From Raillietiella orientalis (lineage: Eukaryota), in assembly GCA_036172245.1 (NCBI GenBank), contig JAYWIR010000102.1, forward strand, positions 1-64,000: a DNA stretch of 64,000 bases, read 5' to 3'. Below are positions 12,672-23,900 of the stretch, one piece after another. The translations under genes and the position numbers were made by a program. Within the stretch, counting starts at the first letter, position 1, and every line of letters starts with the position of its first letter. The notes under the pieces are model-generated. The model saw only the letters and a list, made by a program, of their open reading frames with translations, ran no database searches and had not been told where the DNA came from.

Positions 12672-15023
12672 ATGGTGCTATGGAAACGGGAGTTCGCCTC
12701 ATGTCGGACGATCTTCCTAATCAGAGAAAGTTCTCTTCCCTGCTGCTGCAGCACGCCGTCAAGGAGGAGTCGCGGCAGACTCACGCGTCCAGCACGAAAG
12801 GAGATGCTGGTGAGGAGAGACGGGAGCGGGTGGAAGAAGACCCGTCCAGGGAAGCTCCAGCCCCCGGGCGTAGAAAGGGGAAGTCATGGGGACGCCGCAC
12901 GAGATAGGCACGTGCGCGCAGGAGACAAGGAAGCCGCGTGCACCACCAGCTGGGTCGCGCGAGCGCCCGCCCCCACACGCGTCCGTGGAGGCGGCCCTCG
13001 CGGAGGCGACTTCTTGCACGCCGAGCAGAAAGGCCGTCTCCTTTCGCGCCAGGAACCAAGGAACCCCCAGCTCAGCCATCCGAGAGAATCCCTCAAGCTC
13101 AGTCTGCTGGAGACGCCCCGGTGCTTGCTGGAAGAGAGCGCACGAGTGAAGGACGCCCTATGCAGGCTGTACGGGAGTTCTTGGGCCGCGTCTGGTGCGA
13201 AGGTGCGGGCGCTGCTGAGCGAGGCTGCCAGCCAGGCCAGCGAGATGCTGCGCTCGTCGGAAGAGATGGAGGAGTGCCTCAGGTGCCTTCCCGAGACCGA
13301 TGTTGATGTGCTGGCGGTGCAGTACAAGGTGTCGTGCCTATACGAGGATGTTCTGCATTTGCTGACTGATACTCCGAGGCCGGTCTCCAATGCGGCCTTG
13401 GTCTCGTCCGTCCTCTCTCAAGCCAGAGATGGCTTGCGCAGAGGCAGGTTCCTGTCCGCCCACAAGCACCTCGCCGACCTCCTGTCCATCGTGGAGTGCG
13501 TGCGCGTGATCGTGCACCTGGCAGGCCTGCCCTCCGACGGAGAATTGGCGCGGCTTTGGGGCACCCTGAAAAGCACCTGCGGGGAGGCTGCTGACAGCAT
13601 GATGGCTGAAGTCGAGCGGCACGTTGTCGACGTCTCCCGCTGCATGCTTCAGACGCTTCCTTCCAGTCCGGAGGAGGTAGTATCAGTGCTGCGCATTGTC
13701 GAGAGGGAAGAATCCCTGGACCGCGTCTCCGCGTTTTGGGGAGGCTGCTTGGGCATTCTCATCCCCGGAAGACCCCGGAAGTGGAAGGAAACAATGTTGT
13801 CTAACGTCCGGGGAGGCATCCGCAGCAGGGTTGCTGCAGTTCCCCGAGTCCAATCAGGAGAGGAAACGGAGACTCCGTGGCTGGTGACACACCTGAACCA
13901 CCTTCTGCATGTAGCGGAAAGAGACCTCTGTACGCTGTCCACGTACTGCCCTTACTGCTTCCCTCCACGCTATGGTATGTGGACGTTCTTTCTGCATGCG
14001 TACGATGATGTTGTCCAGAAGCATCTGGAAGACATCGTGGACGCAGGACTCCAGGGCAACGAATGTTTGTTCGTTCTGCGTTGGGTGCTTGAGGACTTCC
14101 CGACATGCTTTATTAAGAAAGAGCGCTACGTGAGGAGGCCTCCCGTCCTTGACTCGCCGAGGATCAAGCGGCTCCAGGAAGGGTTCCTCAGGCACACTAG
14201 GAACGGCTGCGCTGCTCATCTTGGCCGCCTTCTTGCCAAGCAGATCGAGGTCTGGACAGGCGAGTTTCCTGGAAAGGAATTTTCCATGCCCTTGCTCATC
14301 TATCAGATGATGGACCAGAATGCGAGTGCCTCTCTTGCCGTGGGACAAGAATTCTTCAACCTCACTCTCATGGTCGTCATGGTCGCAATCAAGAAGTTCT
14401 GCAAGGCGTACAGGGACAGTCTGCAGGAATTCTCACATGCCTACTTCTCTAAACGGGACTCCTGCTGGTTCTTCACGCATCACCTGGTAGCGGCGGCCAA
14501 CGATCTTTCGAGTCTGGTAGACAGCATGTCGGAGTTCGAACACGAGTATGCGAGAAGGAGCATCCTGCGCAGCGAAAATAGGAGGATCTTTTCCGAGGTT
14601 GTCGAGTGCTTCGAGAACATCAGGAGGATCGCCTTGAACACGCTGATCAAGGAAGCATTCCTTGACCTCCAGGTCTCCCTGTCGAGGTCCATGGACTCTG
14701 GCTCAAAAGCGTCCAAGAAGGAAATGGACGTTTTCCTGGCGACGTGTCAGGACTACTTCTCCGATTACAAGAGCCTGGACCCTCGCAACTACGAGGAGCT
14801 GTGCTGCGAGTTTGTCGACCGCCTCAACATCCACATTTTCGAGGTGCTGCAGAACTCCGAGCTCCGGGAGCGCAAGAGCAAAAGGATAGCTGTGGAAAAA
14901 ACCCTAAAAGTCCTGCTGAAAAGACTGCACGTGATGTTCGACCTGCACCTAGGGACTCTTTCTTCGGAAATCATGGACCTGATCAAGACTAGGATGTACT
15001 TCAAAGACAAAGACCAGAAGTGA
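12672..15023 (+). CDS. EXOC3-like: Exocyst complex component 3 (Sec6)-like protein; divergent, intronless, C-terminally shortened
   Basis: Uninterrupted 783-codon ORF with Sec6 signatures FLSAHKHLADL, VVSVLRIVEREE, PGRPRKWK, WLVTHL..L....DL, CFPPRY, GLQGNE..VL.WV and EAFLDL, DYFSDY. The first ~140 aa are low-complexity and not Sec6-like, so the true start is uncertain (ATG 12672 or 12804). Confidence 0.9.
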   Translation: MVLWKREFASCRTIFLIRESSLPCCCSTPSRRSRGRLTRPARKEMLVRRDGSGWKKTRPGKLQPPGVERGSHGDAARDRHVRAGDKEAACTTSWVARAPAPTRVRGGGPRGGDFLHAEQKGRLLSRQEPRNPQLSHPRESLKLSLLETPRCLLEESARVKDALCRLYGSSWAASGAKVRALLSEAASQASEMLRSSEEMEECLRCLPETDVDVLAVQYKVSCLYEDVLHLLTDTPRPVSNAALVSSVLSQARDGLRRGRFLSAHKHLADLLSIVECVRVIVHLAGLPSDGELARLWGTLKSTCGEAADSMMAEVERHVVDVSRCMLQTLPSSPEEVVSVLRIVEREESLDRVSAFWGGCLGILIPGRPRKWKETMLSNVRGGIRSRVAAVPRVQSGEETETPWLVTHLNHLLHVAERDLCTLSTYCPYCFPPRYGMWTFFLHAYDDVVQKHLEDIVDAGLQGNECLFVLRWVLEDFPTCFIKKERYVRRPPVLDSPRIKRLQEGFLRHTRNGCAAHLGRLLAKQIEVWTGEFPGKEFSMPLLIYQMMDQNASASLAVGQEFFNLTLMVVMVAIKKFCKAYRDSLQEFSHAYFSKRDSCWFFTHHLVAAANDLSSLVDSMSEFEHEYARRSILRSENRRIFSEVVECFENIRRIALNTLIKEAFLDLQVSLSRSMDSGSKASKKEMDVFLATCQDYFSDYKSLDPRNYEELCCEFVDRLNIHIFEVLQNSELRERKSKRIAVEKTLKVLLKRLHVMFDLHLGTLSSEIMDLIKTRMYFKDKDQK

Positions 15024-15330
15024 ACGACGTCTCTCCTCCCACTTCTGGTCGAGAGCGCCCGAACGCAGCGCCTCCGAAGGGTCCTCGGCCTCCTCCATCG
15101 AACGCTTTGCTGATCCTTCCTATTGCTCAAGATCCTCAAAGAATACTTGATCCACGGTACCGCTTGCCATCTTGGCCACGTCCCACGAGATGCAAAACGC
15201 ACTTTTGGCAGTAAGGAGGAACGAGAAGGCAGGGAAACGCACGCAACTCCCTGGCACACGCTCTCTTGGCTCTCCATCCTTTTTCTGTTACGCATTCATC
15301 GAACGCCTGAGTGGTTTTTACTTCCGTTTC

Positions 15331-17450
15331 ACCCACCCCTTTGAGTTTCCCAAGAGGGGAAGTCCACTGCACGCCTCCGGAAATCACGTCCTCCGTCTCT
15401 GTTCGACCGAGGTTTGTCTTTCGAAACTCAGCAGTCCAGTCGTGCTCAGCTGGAGATAGTTCCTTTGTCTTTTGCAGCTGCTAACGTTTTTCCCACGAGG
15501 TCCCTGGACCTTCCTCCATCGGGAAGCCTGGGCCTGTTTGTTGATGACTGCGCTGATCCGGCTTCTCGTATCGACTCAAGGAGTGGGCGAAACGTATCTA
15601 TCGGTCGTCTCCCGAAGAAGTGGCTTCTGCTGCCTCGGTTGCGTAAAGAGATGAGAAATGCCTCGATCTCAGTAAGAATGCCTTTTTGCTTCCGGTCCAA
15701 AGTGCCAAAGTGAGGTTTGAACTCTGATCACAGTTCAGCCGGAGGGGTTCCAATCTCCAGTCACGAACCGAGTCAGTAGTCATCTCTGTGATGCACTTCG
15801 ATAGTGACTGTAATTCGTTGTTCTGGTCGCGTTCCCAGAATCCAGGGAAACGTCCTGAGGCTGTAATATTTAGCAAAACGATGCAAATTGCATGTCGACT
15901 GATTTCTCCAGCTTCTAATTCGGAGGGAAACAAACCGTACGGATCTTCTAAAGCATCCTGGATCCTCCTATCTGAGGCCGACACGCAAGCCGGGATCGTA
16001 AGTATCCAGGAACGTGCAGATTATATTTCTGGCACTGTGGTAAGCAGAGCTCTCTTGGCTTCAGCCGTGTCACCATGGTGTCTTTCCTTCGAATGCATCA
16101 AAGAGGGATTTTCTCACCACCTCATCCATCTTTCAGCCTATTTATTCTCGTCCGATGGCTCGTTTGCACGTGGATCCGTCGCCGTCTGCTGAACACGCGA
16201 TGCAGGCGCTGATCCTGCCATGCGTTAGCAGCGTGGCAGCACCGCCATCCTGCGCCACGATCAAACGGAAAACTCCACGCTTGACTGCGTTACCGAGCTT
16301 TGTCCTTGGTGCATCCTCCTGCTGTCACCGCAACCGACCTGCTTTCCGCTTGCAGTGCATCTGTACCATCATATGCCAGCAGAACGATGTTTGTGTAACT
16401 AAGGGGCTGGCAGAAAATTGTATGTCAGACTGGCTCTCTCCACCACTCCTCCACTGTTTCTGCCACTCTTTACCCTCAGTTCGCTCAGAGGACCTTGAAG
16501 CTGAGTTGGAGGGGAGTCTGAGATTACATTTTTTCCGCTTTTCATTAGCGTTTCTACACGGTAGTGCAGGTCTTCAACAAACAATTTTCTCATGAGGCAG
16601 GTAGGCTATCTTCAATTACATATAGATCTGTCGGAATATGAGGAATGATGAAGAATGCCATTAAGAGTCCCTCCAGTCCCTGAAATGAGCGAACGAGGAA
16701 CATCAGGTGTTGCCACTGTTTCTCAGTGGGTGCATTCCTTGAAGGTCTTCCCTGGTGGAGCGTGATGGAGTTTCTCGTTTCGATGATCCTCAATGCATCA
16801 GCAAGATGGACTCTGTCAACCTAGAGGAAGTACGAAGCATCGGTCTGGAGACCTCGAGGATCTTGAACAATCCTTGGAAGATCTCGAGACATTCGATGCA
16901 CTTCTGTGGACCATGAGCAATACTTCTATGCGTGAAAGAGTGAGAATCTGCTTCCGTTTGCTACTTGCAATGAGCATTCCCCTTGGATTCACATTAGGTT
17001 TGCTGTATCTTCTTTTGGTAGGACATACAGTTTTAGTAAGTGTCTTGGAAAACGCTGGCTGGAGGCAGAAAAACCTCCCTTCCTCATGAGAATTGCCATT
17101 ACTCCTAGGGTCATCGTCCTTACATCTTCTTCTCGTTCTTTTCTCCACATTGTGGACCGCGCTTGTTTTAACCTACTTTCAAGTTAAGCCTGCCTTCTCG
17201 GCACGGCTTGCAGAGGATTTCAGTTTTCTCTGTCGTTACCTCAGTCACTCCCGTTGCCCGTTTTCTAAACTCCCAAGCTTGGCGGCTTTCTGGACACACG
17301 GACAGATACGGATTTTCTTCAGATTCCAGACAGCCTTCTCGGATTTCGATGTTCGGCGCGTCTTCCACATAGGAGTCTGCCTCAGACAGTATGCACCCTC
17401 CAAGGAAACCCAACCTAAATCGGCCCTCAACCTTGACTTTACTTTTGCCC
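15331..17450 (-). mobile_element. Decayed Ty3/Gypsy (Mag-like) element: gag, RT, integrase, PPT
   Basis: Minus strand in order: LTLSRIEVLL..RSASNVSR (~16870-16950, cf. PLPRIEDLL..L.GA..FSKLD); RNAPTEKQWQHLM..FQGLEG (16590-16793, cf. NAPATFQRLM..L.GL); FLISLRNR..SHFFGRRPID (15446-15700, integrase); PRS.RDGGRDFRRR tail; polypurine tract AAAGGGGTGGG (15342-15332) followed by TG at 15331. Confidence 0.6.
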
Positions 17451-20400
17451 TTGGTCAGTCAGTTGGTCTATAAGTTTATCTATCAGTTTATGAAATTACG
17501 AACGGTACTGTGCTGTCGTCCTATCCTCTTCTCGTAGGCGTCTCAGAGTTGAGAGCAGGAGATGCAACGGTGCGATGCGAGCATTTCATGTTTTCCCTGT
17601 TGGGAGATCGTGGCTGGAGGCGCGGAGATGTCACCTGGTAGTGGCTGGGAACTGCTCAAACAAAATACGTAAGCAGCTGTGGCCTTAGGAATCGCTAAAT
17701 GAGTAGCGGAAACAAATGTGAAGTGCACACGCTTTTTCGAGAACTCTGAAGAATCTGCTCAGTATCCTCTGGGAAGTACTGCTTCAGGAGTCGAGGAGTC
17801 GACCTTCACACTCTACACTGCAGTGCTGTCTTTCCTCAGGACAAGCAACAACAGTAGCCTGCCGGCACGGTGGGAGTTCTCCTGAAGTATTGCCGGAGTC
17901 ACGAAGCTCTAAGACGGTCGGAGGACGGGAGAGCCAGCCGATGCTGCCGCTCCATTGTTCATGGCCAAAAGACCGCTCCAGTGTGAGGAATTCTTCGTTG
18001 GGTCCCTCGTAAGACTGGTGGTCTCTGCCCTTTGTGTGGACGCATCGGTGGTCCTCCTCAAGTGGAAGCACAAGGTGATGCTCTTTGTGCACTGGGTCTT
18101 CCAATAAAAAGAGAACCTACACAGCGTTTCCGGGGAATCGTATTCCCGAACTGCGGGATGCTCGAGTTTTTCCCGAACTTGCAGTCGGCTAGACTACGAG
18201 GCCTTTATGAAACTGTGGTAGAGGCTGGCTTCAGAGCTTCAGGATCAGAAGGACATGGCGAGAGACCTGCTGTGGTGCTTCTTCGCACGCGTTGGACTTT
18301 TGTGTGGAGCGGTGATGGTAATGCTGGATTGCGTGCAACGTCGTAGGTCCGTGTCGCTCAAGAGCTATGCTCACAGCTAAGCAAAGTCACCCGCCTTGCA
18401 GCCGCCTTTGTGAAAACTGTAGCAAAGTGGTCTCACTTGCATCAAGATGTCTGCAGGAAGCTCGCCCATATTCCAGAAAGACTGTAAAGAAGCAACGGAC
18501 AATGTCAAAGAACCCTGTCCTCTCCGTCCCTATGTTTTTTACTTGTTTATTGTCTACTCTGTCCACTTTCGGACTCTCTGCTTGTCCGACCTCCGTATCA
18601 GTGAACCCTTCCCTGTCTTTCGTTTCCGTCCTTTGACAACTCGTATCCCGAGTTTTTGCGAGTTTTTTTTCAAGACCTTCAGAAACCAGTTTCTCTTGTG
18701 ATGTGCGGGTGAGAAAGGGCACCCCAGTTTTTTTTTTTTTTCTCTGGTGAGCTTCGAAATCGTAAATTCTTAGTTCCTTTGGCTGATGCATGCAAGAGAA
18801 AGCTCACTGTGGTGTTTCTTCTCACCTGGCTAGCAAGTTTTTACCTAAGCAGCACCGTAACAAGCAGACTCATGTCATAAGGAAAAAGACGCTCTCGACG
18901 CTGTCTGAACCGAAAGATGAGTTGACACGCCTGAGGGGGAGAGCCGCTTGACTATTTTCTCTGGCATTCAGAGCATTGGTTCAGTGAAAGAACTCTTGTC
19001 AGTCGTAATCCAGCCTGCAGGACTCAGAATGTGCTGCCATGTGCATATATGTAAGGGTGGTTCATGAGGCTGTTTTCCTTTCTCTTTGTCTGCAGGATCT
19101 AGCAATCAAAACTCTCAGAAGACTGTTAACACCGAATTCACTGGGATGAAGGATGCAGATAGTACCATCTCATTTTCAGCTGATATTGCGTTTACTTGAA
19201 AGCAAGTTTCCAAAGTCTCATAACATTAGATTTCTTTTACAGTTTTCATCCTGAGATTTCGTTTTTCGAAATTTAGAAGAATTCCACAAGAATCAAGCGA
19301 AGAATAAAACGCATTGCAGAAACCGTATGTGAATTCTTGAAAGTAAAGGAGCTGGTGTGTAAATAAAAAACGGTTTTTCAACTCTTATTTGCAATTGCGA
19401 AGTTTGCAGATTGCTTTCCTAATGTGTTTACCGAGGATCCCTTCAACCAGAATGTGTTTACTAACTGCGAGAAATTTAGGCATCCCCATTTTCTGTAATG
19501 CCTTAATTCGAGACCACGGAAATGAGTGGAGTTCAGGGATTTCCACGTTCCGTGAACTGTCAACTCGATAAAGTTCCCGTTGAACTGCATCACGGTATTA
19601 CGAAATAGATGGAATTCATTTAAACACTTTTTAGAAAAGGAAAGTAGTTCTATGTTCAAGGGCCAGTTATAATCTCAACATCTAATGCTTCATTTATGAC
19701 GCTAGAAAAATGCTGGAAATAATTTTGGAACATGCAGATTGCACCCCTACTTGCCTTCCCAGTTGTGGACATTTCCAACTCCAGAACACCTCCTGTGCTG
19801 TCCAGGTGCCTCGACACCGAGTACGCGATGGTTTCATTGCCTTTTCTTCACCGCCTCCTGCCTGAGTGGTCCAGTCAAGGTGGTACTGTCCCCAAGGGCG
19901 TGGCACACCTCGAGAGGAAGCCGTGCTGATGACAAACTGAACTGCAGCTGCTTTATAAAACGACTGTGCTGAAATTCGGAAGCTTCGCAGAAAGAAACTC
20001 TGCTGAGCTACCTGAAGGCACGGTTTGGGAGAACCAGAGGAAAACTCAAGCCTGTAATCCGACTCGTGTTTCTACAGTGTCTGGAGCACTTTTAATGGAA
20101 ATTAAAGTGTACATCTTTAATGATCTCGATGGAAATGAGGATTCTCATTAGGAAATTTTGTAGCTGCGTGAAATTATGCTACAAACTACCTACGACTTAC
20201 TCTGGCATAGCATCGACCACCGGACTCCAGACTCGCAAGTTCGATCTGCAGAGAACACTGAATGTGTAGGGAACCCTCATTACTTTAGAGTTTTTTTAGA
20301 GTTTGGACGCGTGCTATCATTGGGATTGGCAGAGTAGAATAGAGAGATAGAGAAAACAGTCGCAAGTATGTGGCAAACATAAAATACTGCTTTTGTCAGT

Positions 20401-20952
20401 GTGTTCAATCTTCCCTACTCTTGTTCGAAGGAAATGAGATCTTGGATGTTGGAGAACAGTATTTAGGAGCACATCAGAAGGAAGGAAAGCCTAACACTGA
20501 TGAAACTCAGTTCAGAATAACCTTTGGGACAATAAAGCTCTTCGAGATCTTACAGGTCGGCAGCTCGTGTAAGCCACGCTCAAGAAAACACTTGGGAGAA
20601 GGAACTTTTGAATTTCTTCATGGGAATGGTCCACTGATCGATAAATACGAACCACATGGCAGCCATAAGCACAACTTACTCAAATAGAATTGTTTTTAAA
20701 TGTGTAACAATAAAGCTAACACAATAGTAAATGAGTCCTTTTACCCAAAGGGAATTTTTTATTATGTATCATTTTTTGTGTGATGTCTACTTTCTTTTTG
20801 AACCGGTTCAAAAGACCGGGCAATTAAAATGCTTCTGAACTGGCCAAGCACACTGAACTTGAAAGAGGAATCAGGAATCTGATAATAAAAGACTATTGTG
20901 CTAAAAATACTCTTTATTGTCTGAAATTACCTATAATAAAATGAGAGGCTTC

Positions 20953-23900
20953 TTAAAATATAAAAAATAGCAATATAACGTTAGGAATAAATACATTAAA
21001 TGTGGAAATACGTCCGACATTTCCTCTGGCTGTACAGTCAGTCATCATTTTTGCATGTAGAAATCGTTTTCCTAAATATGCTTTATAGTTTCTGCTTTCT
21101 TCAGGTATAACATACAACTGCTGACAAGCATCTTGGAAAATGAGATCTCTGAATGGAGGCTCAGAATGAAACATACGAAAACTGAACTGATCACCGTCTT
21201 TATGGTTGTAAAAGTGTTGCGCATACGTAAACAACCTGATGATAACCTGGGCCTCAGTGTCATTGTAAAAATTGCCACCACGAATCACCAACGCATTGCC
21301 AGCCACTAGTCCAAGGTTACAATTTTCATAGTCTGTAACTGGGCGGCGTGTACCATCAGGGCATAGCAATTCATAGTCACGCTTTAACTGATTGCGAGCC
21401 CAAAATTCATCACTCTTTCCCTCAGTATTCTCCAACACAGTGGTGTGTTTCACAAAAGCAACATCACCTCCACCTTCAACCAAACATCGGAAAGCTCCTG
21501 TATGTCCAAAAAAAGGCTCTGCAGCATCCCGAGAGCAGTAAGTAAAACTGGAACCACGGCATAAGTGGCAGAGATTGGTCCATCGTTGACGATTACTATA
21601 ATGGGAATTAAGTGCTCCAGGAACACAAGATTTGGAGAAGTACTGAGCAGCAGCATGCAAGGAGTCACAGCCATATGGACGGATTCTGTTATTGCTTAAG
21701 AGGAATTCCATTGGGATCACCCAACCAGCTGCATGATTCACACCAGAATGGCATGTATTCCGGCCTCGAAGATACAATAAATCAACTTTTTTATCAACAA
21801 GCTTTGTGACTGCTACCACATAGTAACCTGGGGTGGCAAGATTATAATGTTCAGCCAGCAGAGGGATAAGTCCATACTGTTGGCCAGCTGTATAGATGTC
21901 ACCTGCATCCAACATCACCATATCTGCATCCCTAAAGAAGACTATCAGATGGACTCGGAGAATGTACCCACTTTCGCAAAATGGATGCCATACAATCCTC
22001 ATGATCATAACCTTTCACACAAAGCAAATCTGGTGCCAACAACTGAGCTCGCAGCGCACCCTGAAAGGACAATAATGGAACACTGAATCACATGTCATAG
22101 ATACTGAAACCTTCATTTTGAGGCACTTGGCATATTCAATTTCACCCACTACACACAGTGTTACATTGTTTAAAGGGCACTGGCGTACTTCATAAACGTA
22201 GCTCTTGGAAGAACCTAAATAATCTTCAAAATTCTGATCAGATTCCTTGATGGGAGTGAGTAGGCGTGTGTCATCCTTTTACAAGGTAAGCAAAAATAGG
22301 AAATATCAACACTTTACCTGGAAAAGCAGATTGTGGGCTTTGTATTTTTGGAAAGAGTTAAACAGGAAGTACTCTCCTCTGTCTTCCCCTCCAAACAATT
22401 TGGATGCTGCCTACCCTCTTCCCAATCAATTGTAGCTCCTAGTATGCTCTCACCAGTAGAAAATTTTGAATCTGACGACGCTGAGACTGGGGTACTGCAG
22501 AGCTGGTCACAACTGCATGAGGAGGAACCTCACCCCAGTGGCAATTCTGGTAATCATATAGAGGTGCAAGAGTACCATCCAAGCACAGAAGCTGTAAATT
22601 TGCAGTAACATCTGGCATAGAAAGAAACTAATAAGCAGGCACTGAACAATGCTGCAACTACATAATGAAATACATTTTCGATCCAGAGAGATTTGTTAGG
22701 ATTTAGAAACGTTTTCATCAGTCACTATAAAGCACCCACTAATAGGACTCCACTAACAGAGAACTAGAAAGCATCTACTAACAGAGCTCCATCAATAGTA
22801 GGAATACTATCAAAAAAGTGGCTGACATGCAATTAATTATGCAATTAATATTGATCAAACCTGCAGAAAAATTTCCTGCTTTAATCATATTGGGAATAGT
22901 GTTGTGATATATGAAAGCAACATCTCCCCTCTCTAAAAGGCAATGAACAGCACCATCAAACCCAGAATAACGGCTATAAATAGTACAACGACTTCGCCCA
23001 TCACTGGAGTCACAAAGATCACACATTTGCTGTGAATTCTCTCCAAGTAGATTGAATTTGTGCGACAAGACATCCACAGCACAGCTTTTACCAAAAAACC
23101 TGCTTGCTGACTGAACTTGATTATTGCAGTCAACAATAGGAATAATATGTTTCTTCATTAGTTGAGATACTGGGATTACCCAGCCAGCAAAAGAACGAAT
23201 TCCAGGAAAGCATGCTTTGGTGTCTTTCAAATCATGTAGTGATCTGAACTGCATTTCAGATGATACTTTCACTACAGCTACAGTGTAGTGGGCACCTTCT
23301 TTTCCTGATCGGAAAAGATGAGCTTCATAATATTACATTGCATAAACTTTACCTGAGTAGATTTCCCGTAAAATAGGTACTAAACTATGGTATCTTCCTC
23401 CAAGAAAAATATCTCCAGGATCCAAAGATGCGATATGAGCTTCACCCATATCAATCTGATACATGCAATCATCAACACTGGAAAACTATAGGATTATTGT
23501 TTAGAAAACATTGATAATTGAAGTTTGTGAATATACTTGCTGGCATTTTACGTCATAATAGTCTTTATTGAATTCATATCTTTTTTCTTTAACAGCAAGG
23601 GAAAAATCTTGACATTTCTGCTGCTCTTTCTCACTAAATGTACACCACACAAGCTCATTTTTGTCTAAACTCTCTGAAAAACCTGAAGCAACACAATTAT
23701 CAAAAACAAGTTTTCAACACGTTGAGCACACTCAGTTAATACATGTCAAAAAGCATATAAAACATATAAAACACACATAACTGCAACTTGCAATGTGAAT
23801 CTTAGAACTCTACATAATGAAACACATTTAGTAACTGTAACACATTTAGCAACACGAATGCCTAAGTGCCCATTGAAAATGTTGGAGTTGTCAGAATTTT

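Noticed and set aside
14795..15309. Segment missing from the 11.8-kb duplicate interpreted as a spliced-out intron
   Set aside because: It does not begin with GT/GC and includes the ORF's own coding end; a microhomology-mediated deletion fits better.
18830..18860. Candidate 5' LTR start (TGTTACGG..GTAAAAAC on minus) for the 15.3-17.5 kb element
   Set aside because: Similarity to the putative 3' LTR does not extend beyond ~20 nt.
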